From NCBI RefSeq assembly GCF_009914755.1, contig NC_060928.1: DNA of 64,000 nt. One strand, written 5' to 3'. This DNA comes from the human T2T-CHM13v2.0 reference genome, Homo sapiens. Position 1 is the first letter of the stretch. Each line of letters begins with the position of its first letter. The position numbers were made by a program, and so were the translations under genes. Below, piece after piece: positions 14,807-28,500 of this stretch. Below the pieces are notes generated by a model. The model worked only from the letters and a program-made list of their open reading frames with translations. It ran no database searches and was not told where the DNA came from.

Positions 14807-15251
14807 TGATGCCAATAATATGTCTAGAAGGGACTAGACTAAAACATTAACAGTGGCTTGGAAAGGATGGTGTGATTAAAGGTAATTTTTTGTTCTTCTT
14901 TTCATCTTACGTGTATTTATATTTTCTACAGTAAAAATATATTATTCTCATAATTATATAATAAATACCTGTAGGAAGCATATGGATCTCTGACATTAGT
15001 AATGAAGTTGAATTATTCCTTCTAAAAAAAAAATCTAAGCTTTCCACATCGTGTTACAGTGGTACATTGGCAAGTATCAGTTTGCCACAAAAAACTGGGG
15101 TTTATTTTGGGATTATCTGTTCTGTTCCATTGATCTATACAGCTATCCTATACTAATAGCATGGTGTCTTAATTACTGTATCTTTAAGTTTTGGAATTAG
15201 GTAGTGTATATACTGAATTTTGTTGTGCTTTTTCAACATTGTTTCGGCTGT

Positions 15252-15765
15252 TGTGACAGACAGCTCCAACATAGCCCGTAAATGCTCCCTGCCTCCTAGT
15301 GTTCATGGTCTTGACAATCCCTCCTTGAGTAATTTGCTTCTAACCAATGAAATATGGCAACATCAAGGGGATGTCACTCCAAAAATTAGGTTACAAATGA
15401 CTGTGATGTCCATTTTGCTAGATGACTCCTCTCTCTTGATGGCTTTGATGAAACAAGTAAGCCACCATACTGGAGAAGTCCCTGTGGCAAAGAACTCAGG
15501 GCCTTAGTCCAAGAGCCCTCAAAGGATTAAATTCTGACAACTTCATAAGTGAACTTGAAAGTGGATACTTCCCAGTTGAGCCTTCAGATGAGAACCCAGC
15601 CTGCGGACACCTTGACTAAAGCCATATCAGAGATGGTGGGCCAGAGGAAACAGCTAAATAGTGCCTGGATTCTTGACCCATTGCACTATGAAATAATAAG
15701 TGCATGACGTGTTAAGCTGTTAAGCTTTAGAGTGATTTGTAACAAAGCAACAGATTACTAATGCA
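15252..15765 (+). mobile_element. MaLR LTR (MLT1F-like) inserted in an old L1M
   Basis: TGTG start, MLT1-type end (...gcaacagattactaatgca), near-TSD gctgt/gctct. Confidence 0.75.
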
Positions 15766-15942
15766 GCTCTTCTGGGACCTTTGTATTTCCATTTATCTTT
15801 TGGGTTCCGACTACCAATTTCTATTAAAAAAATTCTGAAACTTACATAGGGGATTATATTGAATCTATAGATCAGTTTGGGGCATACTAGCATCCTACAT
15901 TATACTGCATAATATTCTATTTGTTTACAATTTCTTTAATTA

Positions 15943-16172
15943 TTTTTTTTTTTTGCAACCTCTGCCTCCTGGGTTCAAGCAATTCTCCTGCCTCAGCCTC
16001 CCGAAAAGCTGGGATTACAGGCAAGCACCGCTATGCCTGGCTAATGTTATCTTTAGTAGAGACAGGTTTTCACCATGTTGGCCAGGCTGGTCTTGAACTC
16101 CTGACCTCGTGATCCACCCGCCTCAGCCTACCAAAGCGCTGGGATTACAGGCGTAAGCCACCACGCCCGGCC
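15943..16172 (-). mobile_element. AluSg-like missing ~50 bp next to the tail
   Basis: Poly(T) joins gcaacctc directly; 15/16 TSD. Confidence 0.88.
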
Positions 16173-16388
16173 AACTTCTTTAATTATTATCAATTTCTCT
16201 TTAATTTCTCTCAGTAAAGCTTTATAGTTTTCAGTGTACCAACATTATACTTCCTGGTATTTTATTCTTTTTGTTGGCTTAAAGATTTCTCACCTATATT
16301 TATGAGGGACCTCATTTACTTTTAACAATAAAATGCTATTTTCAAGAACACAAAACTGGGGTTCAGAGAATACTTAAGAACACATAAG

Positions 16389-17241
16389 GACATGAACAGA
16401 CACTTCTCAAAAGAAGACATTTATGCAGCCAAAAAACACATGAAAAAATGCTCATCATCACTGGCCATCAGAGAAATGCAAATCAAAACCACAATGAGAT
16501 ACCATCTCACACCAGTTAGAATGGTGATCATTAAAAAGTCAGGAAACAACAGGTGCTGGAGAGGATGTGGAGAAATAGGAACACTTTTACACTGTTGGTG
16601 GGACTGTAAACTAGTTCAACCATTGTGGAAGTCAGTGTGGCGATTCCTCAGGGATCTAGAACTAGAAATACCATTTGACCCAGCCATCCCATTACTGGGT
16701 ATATACCCAAAGGACTATAAATCATGCTGCTATAAAGACACATGCACACGTATGTTTATTGCGGCATTATTCACAATAGCAAAGACTTGGAACCAACCCA
16801 AATGTCCAACAATGATAGACTGGATTAAGAAAATGTGGCACATATACACCATGGAATACTATGCAGCCATAAAAAATGATGAGTTCATGTCCTTTGTAGG
16901 GACATGGATGAAATTGGAAATCATCATTCTCAGTAAACTATCGCAAGAACAAAAAACCAAACACTGCATATTCTCACTCATAGGTGGGAATTGAACGATG
17001 AGATCACACGGACACAGGAAGGGGAATATCACACTCTGGGGACTGTGGTGGGGTAGGGGAAGGGGGGAGGGGGGAGGGATAGCATTGGGAGATAAACCTA
17101 ATGCTAGATGACGAGTTAGTGGGTGCAGTGCACCAGCATGGCACATGTATACATATGTAACTAACCTGCACAATGTGCACATGTACCCTAAAACTTAAAG
17201 TATAATAAAAAAAAAAAAGAAAAAAAAAAACAAAGAAAAAA
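16389..17241 (+). mobile_element. 5'-truncated young L1 (L1PA2-like): ORF2 C-terminus, 3'UTR and poly(A)
   Basis: ORF 16392-16994 is the ORF2p C-terminus ([18 protein letters not shown] ... SLIGGN*). Perfect 13-bp TSD AAGAACACATAAG (16376-16388 / 17242-17254). GAG rather than ACA/ACG at the Ta diagnostic site. Confidence 0.95.
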
Positions 17242-17564
17242 AAGAACACATAAGCAAAACGTGGGAATAATGAGATCTAAATTAATCTATCTAAAAATAA
17301 TGCACTTTCTACCCCACCCGTGGTACTCAACAGATTCAGAACTGTTCCCTAGAGTGAATAATAGAAATCTGCAAGGAAAGTTTTGGTTGTCACAAATGAC
17401 TGAGTGCTACAATGATTTAGTGGGCAGAAGGAGCAAAAAAAAAAAAAAAAAAAATTCTAGACATTCCACAAGAAGAATAGTTCAATAATAATAATGGTCC
17501 TAGATCCTACATTACTTTAGAATGTTCTACTGTATATCAGTGAAAGTGACAAACTAGAAGATAA

Positions 17565-17980
<416 letters not shown>

Positions 17981-20900
17981 CCAATTTATTTTTAATTTCA
18001 AAAAATGCAATCATTGTGTAAAGTAAGGTAAAAATGAATGTTGTCTGCTTAGTACTACACCAGTATCTATTCACCACTTAGAAAAATCACATTATAGACA
18101 ATCACACATCCCTTGTAGCAGGACAAATCATACATCATACCTCTATCAGTCTGATTTGTACCTGTCACATTCACAGTGACCTATATATAAATACAAGCAT
18201 CCAATTATGTCTTTTAGCATAGTTATGTTCGTACTTATGGAACAATGAAATGCATACTACATATATTTTTAAATATTTTATTTCTCTTGTTATGGTATAG
18301 AGCACTGTTGATTAATATTATTTATCTAGAAAAGGTCTATTTACTATTCAAAAATAAAACTCATAGATAAGGAATAATTGCAAACTACCTGTGATATAAA
18401 GAGCATGTTAAATTTCAGAGGGTGAAGAACTATAGCATTACATTATGCTACCTCCTAAATATATCTCCTGCTCACCATAATTTCTGGCACTGCCATAGTT
18501 AATACTCCTTTTATCTCTGGTCTAGTGTCTTTTGACAGCCTCCTATCTAGTCTCCATCACTTGAACTTCCCATCCAATATAATTTACTTATTGTCGAAAT
18601 GTTACTGCTTTTCCTTTAAAAAAAATTATTATCCAGGATATAAAATAGGATCAAGATACTTAAGTTCCTACTATCCTACAGAAAAATTCCAAATTCTCCA
18701 CCATGGCATTTAGGATCGCTTATGACCTGCTTTTATCTGTTTCTAGATTTGTCTACAACCACTCTCTATCACATATTATATGTCTAAACCATGCTTTCTG
18801 GACTTTCTCAAAATTTTCATATTTTCTCATGGCAATGCCTTGCATCACCTACTCCCTATTCTACCATGACTTCCCATCATCATTCCTGTCCCCATCTTTT
18901 GTCCGTCTGGAATTCACATACTGTGTGACATCCTACTCTAGACCCTCCTCAAATCTATGTCCTATTTCACAGAGATCCAAAAGCTTACATTCAGACTTTT
19001 TACCATACACATTTCGCAGTAATATAATTAATTATATGCTTAACATTCCCATGAATCCTCAATATCCTCAAAATGTAATAAGAAATTTTTATATTCCCTA
19101 ACAATTTTTATCATTGGTTTTTCATATTTGTTGATTCAATGAATATTTAACTAATTTTCCACTCTCTTCATATTCTAACTTTCTTTTCTGAAATTCTAGA
19201 CATTAATTACATATATCTAAATACATAATGGCATCAAATTCTAATTTACTCCACAAAAACACAGGAATCACAACTCTTCTAAATATGTCATGATGGAAAT
19301 AATGTAGTCAGTCTTGACATTCATTTCTTTATTAAGCAGAATCTCAGCATCTTTCACACAGTTAAAATAGGAGAATAAATTTGCAAATAAGGTTTCATTT
19401 GCCTATTTTCTTTTTTTTCTTTGCAGCAAAAAGATTAAAAACATTTTAGCCCTTCAATGTTTAAGTTCAAGTGGAACTATCTAAACATCACATCAATCAA
19501 TACCTTTATATGTTCTTCTTTATATGCACAAGGGCAAGAATTAGTTTAGGGGTATAGGAGTTGGTTACAGTCATTATGCTCTAATGTGGCAAACATTAGT
19601 GTCAATTTAAGTAAACTCTAAAGGGTTATGAGGTCAAAATGCAAGACTGCATAATTTATCAGATCAAGCAAATCACTTTGAAAGTACAGAAATAAGTGAA
19701 GCATGAGGCTATTACTGCCTCTCATGAATAAAGGTTAATACCAATGTTTATTTATTACACACTGGATGGTATTTGCTATCTAAACTTTATTTATTAAAAT
19801 AAGTATTTTGCTACACTGTCATATTTTAAACTACTGAGTCAAATTTAATTTACAGCACTGTCTTATACTAATACAATTAATACAGTATTCTAAGTTTTAA
19901 ACAAAAAATTGAAATTGCTTTGGACATTTTGATTAGTAAAATATGTTACCTGTAAAATATGAAATCTCACTTTTGCATCAAGACACACCAATGAGCAATT
20001 CAAAAGCACAAGAATACATTCATATGTAAATTCTGCATGTATTTCAAAGTTGTGGTTTATTATTTGTTCTTGTTGTTTGGTATTTCTACATAGTATTTTC
20101 TTATGCACAAAAAATAGAAAGTTGCGGGAGAATGGTATAACATACTAGGCCATCAAAAAAAGAAAGATAAAGATAAGCTTTTAAAATTAGTTGTTACTCT
20201 TTCTTTTATGAAAGAAAAGAATGGTATTTTGGTTTTCCATAAATTAATACTAAAATATTCATATTCCATTTTCTAAGGTAAACAGTAACATGTGAAATGA
20301 TGTAATAGACATAATAGCTGTGAAGAGTACAGGAAAATATATTAATAGGAAAGAAATGTTACTTTTCCAGAACAAATCTTAAATGAAATGGTGTAATTAG
20401 ATGAAGGGTTATGTGAAACATGGCAATATACACAAGCAAAATCACAATGCAGATCAATTCTGTTACTTTTACATTTTACTCTGCATATAATATATTGAAA
20501 AATATTATTTAATCTAAATTCAATAAGATATCAAGATTTCCTCAAAATCAATGTTTTGTAGTCAAATCAACTCAAATAAAACTTCACAGTTATAAGACAG
20601 ATAATTAAACTGTATTGAAGTAGATGTTTTATATAGCAAATGTTGTTTATTATGGTTACAAACACACACATAAGGAGGCAAAAGAATTACTCTCAAAGAA
20701 AAAATGTTCAAATTCTAAAGCATTGGAATAGAAAAATGTAATGTTATATTCGCATCATTATTGAAATGTAGCTTTAACATGACACTTAAAAAAATTAATA
20801 TTCTAGTGATTTGTGCAGGACCTGTATCTTTCATTTAACCCACATAAAAATTTTGTACATAGACTCTCTTGAAGGGAAATTTAAAGTTCCCCCTATTTTA

Positions 20901-21039
20901 TCCATTTCAACCAACATAAAGATTTCAAATAACAACTTCAACGCACAAGTAGTCCAATTCCAGGCTGGGCATATCTAAATGAAGAAAAAAATTGATCTGT
21001 CATGAATAACCATTCCATTTTAGGAAAATGCAGACCATT

Positions 21040-24000
21040 AGAGTTCATTTATTTATTCCACAAATATGTACTGAATATCTACCATATGCCAAGCACTAAG
21101 GAGACACCAGTAAACAGAAGAAATTAGCAATCAAAGAAAAAATTAATTTATAATAAAATGTCATAAAAAGTATTATGAAAAAATAACTTTACCATGTTAA
21201 TGCAGGCTAAGAGATAGTGATGGAGGCACATAGATGATAAGAAAAGGCTGACATAGGAAAGTAGGTGGAAGAAGAATGGGCAAAGATGACATGTGAGTAA
21301 ATAACCTGTATGAAGAGGATATGTAAGCTATATTGACATTTGGACAAAAATGCTGCATGCATGAAGAACATGTGCAGAAGTTCTAATACAGGAGCATGGT
21401 ATGTTTACTCAAGTAATAGCAAGCAGTCCAGTGTTGTCAGAGCAAAATGATCTAGTGCTCATCTAAGATCAGATCATCCAGGGCTTTGTACATTTCAAAA
21501 AGATAGTTTAGCTGTAATATAGGATAAAGAGATAAAAGTGGCATTAGGAAAGTAAGAATCAGCAAACTGTTGCTGCATAGCCTATGAGCTAAGAATGGAT
21601 TGTAAATTCATAAATAATTGGAAAAAAAGATATTTCATGATGTGAAAATTATATAAAATTCATATCTAAGCTTCCATGAATAAATTTTTATTGGAACAGA
21701 GCCATACTCATTTGTCTAGGTACTATCTGCTGGTTTTGCACTACAAAAGCAGAGTACGTGGTGCTCTCATCACTTAGCACTGATGCTCAGCACATTTCAG
21801 ATCATACTAATGTAGCTATAGATGACCGTGTTTCAAATGTCACACATATAGCCATACCACATTTTATTTTTATTTTCTTATTACCAGTGTGTACCCATGG
21901 TATTAAAACATAAAAAAGAGAAACGTAGACTTTAAATAACATGTTTTTAAAGGCATAGTGGAGTCTGAATTATTTTGTTTTAGAATTAAATGTTAAAGCA
22001 TTTTTGTTTAGTATGCAGTAACACGATAGCTAGTGATTTTAAAATATAATACACATCAATATTACCAAACAAAGCACTCATTATAATATTGCTAATGCAT
22101 AGGAATGCAGCAGTGAAAAACTTAGAAAATTTAAAACAAATTATCTCATCAAAACAGAATCTCTTCAGAAAAATTAAAAATGAAAATAAGGCTGCAATTA
22201 AAGCAAGCTTCTGAGTGATTCTTTTGTTAGTCAAGCAAAAAAAGTCATTTACAGATGGTAAGTTAATTAAACTGAGTTTCATTTGACAGCCAAAGAACTG
22301 TATCCAGAGAAAACAAAATTGTTTAAGAATATTATAGCCTTTCAGTGAAAACAGTTGCTTAAGGAGTTGAGGACATTGAAGCAAAATCAATAGACAATTA
22401 AAAATAAATAAATAAAGCAAATGATTCCAAATGGTTTTCCTTGGCTCTTGATGAGATCACAGATGTTACCTACATAATGTTCCATTGTTGTTTATTCAAG
22501 GAGTAAATGACTATTTTGAAGTGATTGAAAAACGAGCCTCTGAATAATCTGCATGGAATAACTATACGGATGATTTTTTCAAAGTTGAGAAAACAAAAAT
22601 TTAGTACCATCTGAAGTGGAATCTGCTAGGATGTCTTATAACAAATGGTGTTAAAAGTATGTATGGGGGAGAAAATTGAACAACTTACAAAGTTTGTGAA
22701 AATATACGGTATTTAAAGCATAAGCTTAGTCACTGTATCACTCAGTACTCTGTATTACTCAGGTACCCTGCAAAAAATATTGGAATTTATCATGTTTTAT
22801 CGAACCAGGAGTGTCATGGTGAACTTCATTCACTTTTTTTTCATGGTCTTAACCAATGTCATTTCCATGCATTTTTCTCAGAAATACAAGTGGAATATAC
22901 TAACTTGCTCTTCCACACAGCAATTCAAAAAAAAGTTTTTTTTTCTTGAGATCCTGTCTCAAGAAAAAAAAAAATCTTAACAGTGGTAAGGTTTTATTAT
23001 GATTTTCCGCTAAGGGCATAGACTGATTTTTTTTTTTTTCTGAGAAAAAAATAACTACTATTATCACACACTAAATGGTTTTAGAAATTAGCTTTTACTG
23101 AAGACATAATAATGTTTCTTAATAAATTCCATCTAAATTACAAGGCAAAACAGCCCATATATGGGAAATTTACACTGCAGTAAAGTCATTTAGATGACAA
23201 CACTGTTTGAATCACAAGTAATATGAAGTTACTTTATATACTTTTCTGTGCTATTAAAAGTTAAAAAGAAGTGAGATTGTCATTGTCATACAAATTTGCA
23301 GCTAATACATTTTCCAGCTCAAACTTCAATCCCAGAAGTATTTTTCAGATACTGATGCAAGGGCAAAGGAAATTCCCATATTTCAAAATCCATTTAAATG
23401 TGGTACTGCGGAGCTTCTACTCAAATATCAATTGCAACTAATTAACCTATAATGTAACGGTATGCTAAAAGGCAAAATCAAGAGAAAAATCTAACAATTA
23501 TATAAATGCCTTCCAAGAGATAAACATGCTCAATTAACATCCCATGTCCATAGATGGACATTAATAATTGACAATATTTATCTGTGTGAAAACATATTTT
23601 AAAAGATGAAATCCATAAAATATTATAGATCATATTAACAGGTGAATATTTGCCATCTATTTTGATGACAGGCAACAGTAACTATGAACCCCAATTAAGT
23701 AAAATGTTACCCGCCCCCCTCCCAAGAAAAAGAAATTCTTCTCATTAGAAAACCCATTACAGAAAATTGTACTCAATAGATATATTTTAAATTTTATCAA
23801 TAAAAATATATTAAAATTTGCTTTCTGTCTTGTTACACAGGTATTTATATAATATCCTTTATCTTGCCTTTTGACCCAAAAATCTAAAATATTTACTATC
23901 TGGCCCATTATAGAAAAAGTTTTACAATCTCTGATATAAGAAAATAATGATTTTTCTCTAGACCAGGCAAAGCAGATGATGGGAAATGTCCAGATTCTGG

Positions 24001-24560
24001 CTATATTTTTATGGTAGAACCAATAAAATTTCCTGACATATTGTGGGGTATATAAGAAAGAGTGAAGACAAAGATGACTTCAGGGTTTTAGCATGAGCAA
24101 CGAGAAGGATAAATAACAGTTATTGCCATGAACTGAAACTGGAAAGGCTATGGATGAATAGGCTGGAGAGTGGTTCAGTATTGACATGTTAAGTTTAATA
24201 AATCTACCAAACAGAAGTGGTTTAGGCCAATTAGATACAGAAATCTGGAATTCAGGAGAGGTTATCTTAGCATAAGATACAAATTTGGGAGTCACTGGCC
24301 AATAGGCGGTTTTTGAAACGTTGGAAATGAATGAGATCACAAGGGATACTTGGTAAATAAATAAATGTCCTGAGAACTGAGTATCAGGGCACTAAAACAT
24401 TCACCATTTGGGAAGGTAAGGTTGATCAGGCGAAGTCAACAGGGTGTGGAACAATGTCTAATCAGGTAGGACATTATGCTATCTTGAAGCAAGATAACCA
24501 AAGTGTTAGCAGAAGGAGAAAATGATCAACTGTGTCATATGTCAATAGATAAGCATACTC
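21040..24560 (-). mobile_element. L2 fragments flanking the hAT element
   Basis: L2 3' end ttcatttatttattccacaaatatgtactg..., continuing after 23940 (gatacaaatttgggagtcact). Confidence 0.6.
21553..23933 (+). mobile_element. Near full-length decayed hAT-Charlie DNA transposon (Cheshire-like, MER58-type ends) inserted in an L2
   Basis: MER58-like termini (..aatcagcaaact.. and ..tatttactatctggcccattatagaaaaagttttacaatctctg). Transposase remnants: WFSLALDEITDVT (22432-22470), ITNGVKSM, HCI, YLCE. Many frameshifts and stops. Confidence 0.8.
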
Positions 24561-24563
24561 ACT

Positions 24564-24794
24564 ATAGGTTGCACATACCAAATTCAAAAATCTGGAATTT
24601 GAAATGCTAAAAAATCCAAAATTTTTGAGCACAGACATAACATGCAAAAGAAATGCTCATTGGAGCATTTCGGACTTTTGGATTAGGAATGTTTGAGCGG
24701 TAAGTATAATACAAATATTCCAAAATATGAAAAAAATATGAAATCTGAAACACTTCTGGTTCCAAGCATTTCAGAAAAGAGATATTCAGTGTGT
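24564..24794. mobile_element. Tigger4a/MER46-like DNA element
   Basis: taggttg..aaattcaaaaatctgg ... aaatctgaaacacttctggttccaagcatttcag, with degenerate TIRs. Confidence 0.75.
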
Positions 24795-25169
24795 ATGTGT
24801 TTATATAAAGCATAGACAGTAGTGATTAACAGAACGAAGAACATGGTCCTGAAGCACCAGAAATGTTTCTCCTTTAATCTACTAATCAGTAAAACTAATA
24901 TTTTAGTAAAAATCAGGATTTTAGTAGTGGTGCTCCTGTTCATATTTTTCCATCACATATAATAAGGACAGTTCTGGAAACCTTGTCAAATGCCTTGCAG
25001 AATATGTCAATATGTGTATATCAAGAATTAAATGTTCATATTTTTTAACTTAGTCATTCTATTTCTGGGACTATAGCCTGAAAAAAAAATAAGCTAAAGT
25101 AGGAAAATGCTTTATGACTAAAGATAAAAACCTTTTTCCAGATTATATCTGTAAAAAGTAAAATGATTA

Positions 25170-25515
25170 CTTTTTCTTTTTTTTTTTTTTTTTTTTTTGA
25201 GACAGGGTCTCATGCTGTTGCCTAGACTAGAGTGTGCAAGGCATAATTATTGCTCACTGTAACCTCAACCTCCTGGGCTCAAATAATCCTCCTACCTCAG
25301 CCTCTGTAGTAGCAGGGACCACAGGTGCATACCAACACACCTAGTAGCAGGGACCACAGGTGCATACCAACATACCCAGCTAATTTTTTTAAATTATGTG
25401 TTGTAGAGACAGGGTCTCCCTATGTTGCCCAGGCTGGTCTTGAACTCCTGGGCTCAAGCAATTTTCCCACCTCCTTAAATGCTGGGATTACAGGCATGAG
25501 CCACCACACTCAGCT
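25170..25515 (-). mobile_element. AluJ with an internal 35-bp tandem duplication
   Basis: Duplicated unit at 25307-25341 / 25342-25376. Confidence 0.85.
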
Positions 25516-28500
25516 CTTACTTTATGCTTTACACTGAACAACTCAAAGTTCCTTAAAGATGTGATGCTGAATTGTTTTCCTGGCACCACACTCTCAGCCT
25601 AACTAAAAAGTTAGTCATTACTTTCAAAGACCCCTCCATAATCGAGATATTTATCTACATCTATTATTGTGGTTTATCATATTATATCAGACATATTATT
25701 AATACGTCTTTCTCATCTATTGTAAGTATCCTTCCTGAGAGCAGGGCCCTGTGCCTAGCAGAGTGTGAGGTTCAATAAATGTTTACTATATTCAATTATC
25801 CAGTGAGTAACTTGTAATTCAATGTTCTGAGAATAGCAGGTATTTTTGCTTTGTTTAGGACATAAGGCAAATGTAGAGAAGTAATAGAAAATAAAGAGAT
25901 ACCCAAGCAGCATCAACATTTATGAGCTAGGAGAAAGAAGGAGGCAGTGAGGACATCAGAAGAGAAAGGAACACAAGTAGCAAAAAAAAAAAAAAAAAAA
26001 CTAGAAAAGAGCGAGATGTGCCAGAAACCAGTGGAACAAAATAACTTGACAAGGAAGTGGTCTACACAAACAAATATCATAAATAAACAAAAATTGTAAT
26101 ACAGTGGTTTTGACAAAGAAGAGCTCACAAGACCTCTGCCAGAGCAGTTTCTGGCAGACAGCAAGAGGCTGACGGATGAACAGGTTGAGGCCGCAGAAAG
26201 TTCAAGATCTAAGAAACCTGACTGAAGGAGAAAAAAAGAGAGACTATGCAGCAGACTACTGTTATTTAGTGGTTGTACAGGAACTCTACTTAAATATCAC
26301 AGGATATTTAACTACCTGGATTCCAACAATAAAAGTCTGCAAGCTTTCCAGTCATTGTGACAATCAAAAACATGCCCCCCCACCCCACATTTCTAAATTA
26401 CCCCAGAAAGGATAGAGTACTGCCTCTGATTGAGAACCCTTAAATGCCAACTCATGCTAAAACAGGAGTCTCTTTCCCATGAGATTGTTTTTATGGTTTA
26501 AGATGAAGCTTATTAGCATTTTAGAAAACGTTGGCAATACAGTTACAGGGGACAGTAAGTTTGGGGACAATGCCAAGTAGTTGAGGGAGCTGAAACAGAG
26601 CCACGAGGCCTCTATTTTTTCAGAGATGAGTTCTGCTGAGAGTATCCATCACACTATAGTTTCAAGTACAACTTCCTACTTTCCTCCACATAATCAAATT
26701 TCTTAAAAGAGATCTTCTCTCTTACTCCTCTTTAGTAATCACTCACTCATTCCCTAAACCTTTATAATCTGGCCCCCACTTTCTCCATGCTACCAAAACA
26801 GTTCTATGATAACCAGTACCTTCTTGGTTCCAAATCTAAGGCCCTTTTCTTAGACAATTTTGCTTCTGATCACCTTATAGCATTGGTCACTGCTCCTTCT
26901 TAAGACCACTTCTTCTCCCACCACTGTCCTAGTTTGGGCACTTGTTATCTCTTAAACTATAAAATACCTCTGGCCTCTGCCTTCCCTTCAGTTTCTCCTA
27001 ACATTTACCCATTTTACAAATGACAAGATCTTCCTGAAACATAGTTCTTAAACTGTTCCTGGCTCAGTAATTTTAAAATGGTTGAGAGAACAGACCAAAT
27101 ATCTTGGCCCCAATATTTAAGATCCTTGACAATCAGGTCCCTGCCTATCCTTCTCATTTTATTTCTCACCAATCTGGTTTACATACCACTCGTTCTAGAT
27201 GAGCAATTAGAACTGCTGAGTGTTCTCTGTACATGCTCTTCTATCTGCTTTCTACGCTTTCACTTATCTTCCTTCAACCTGAAGTAACGCTTTTGCATCG
27301 CATGGTCATATATCCAGTTCTTCTTCACACTTTGATCTATAACTCCTATGTCAAGGATTCCCTGACCTCATAGCTACAAGCAATAGCCCTACCCTTCCTA
27401 AACTTCCAAAGTACTTTATTTGTACCTTTTTTATGTCACCTTTAAACCTGCATTATACATTTCATATAAACATCCTGCCTCTCCAATAAAGTTCACTAGG
27501 AACTATTACTTACTAAGCATTAATATCAGGTACTTACATATATCACACTGTATCCTCTCAATATAATTGAGTTACCCCAATTTAATAAATATAAAAAACA
27601 GAGGAATAGGAAATCTGTATAAACTAGCAAATACTCAATACATATTTTTTAATGAATAAATTATTATTCCAAGATGAAGTATCATTCAAAATGTTTACAA
27701 ATATGCGGGTGTGTTTCACTTTAAGTGAACCAAAGGTAGAGCTCCAAGAATAAAAAATATTTAAGAAAAGAGCCAATAATAGATAAGAGGTTGCGTTCAA
27801 ATCTAATATTAACAGTTACTACTTAACTTGAGCATATATGATTTTTCAGGCACACACTTTCTATATGCTAATTTATTTTATTCTCATAACAATCCTTTAG
27901 AATAGATATTGTTTTCACTGGCCAATACTTGGTGAGGTTAAGTGACTCGTTCAAAGTTGCAAAGCCAGGATACACATAAAGCCAGCCTTTCTGGCTTTAA
28001 ATTCTTTGCTCTAGAGTAGTTAGTGAGAAGGCCCAAACAGCTTAAGCTTGAAAGAAATACAAATTTGGGCAAGTGCTTCTTTTTGCTTTATTAATATTAA
28101 CATGTGGACATCTACAAAACGTAATAAGGCATTTAAAAACTGAGAAAATTTTCTACTTTTCCCAATTTCTATAAAATGTAATATGTTATTTAATAACCAA
28201 GAAAACATTCTATTTTTTCCTAATATCTCTAAGCAGACATTAAAACTTGTTATTTGGAATGAATATTTGTTTCCAAATGAACAATGAAAGTAGTATATAA
28301 TAAGTAACAAAGCACCAAATAGAGTAAGGAATCTCAAAACTCAAAACTGAAAAGCATTGTAAACATCTTCTTATTTTAAAAAACACTCACAGAGTCAGCA
28401 AAAGGATACAACAAAATGTATAAATTGTACCAACCCACTCATGCTAGGACTTTCCTATAAAAGTTTCTGGTCAGATAGTAAACTGTTAATATTTGAATTG

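Noticed and set aside
21986-22420. 144-aa minus-strand ORF
   Set aside because: Antisense to the decayed hAT transposase; AT-rich with no recognisable protein.
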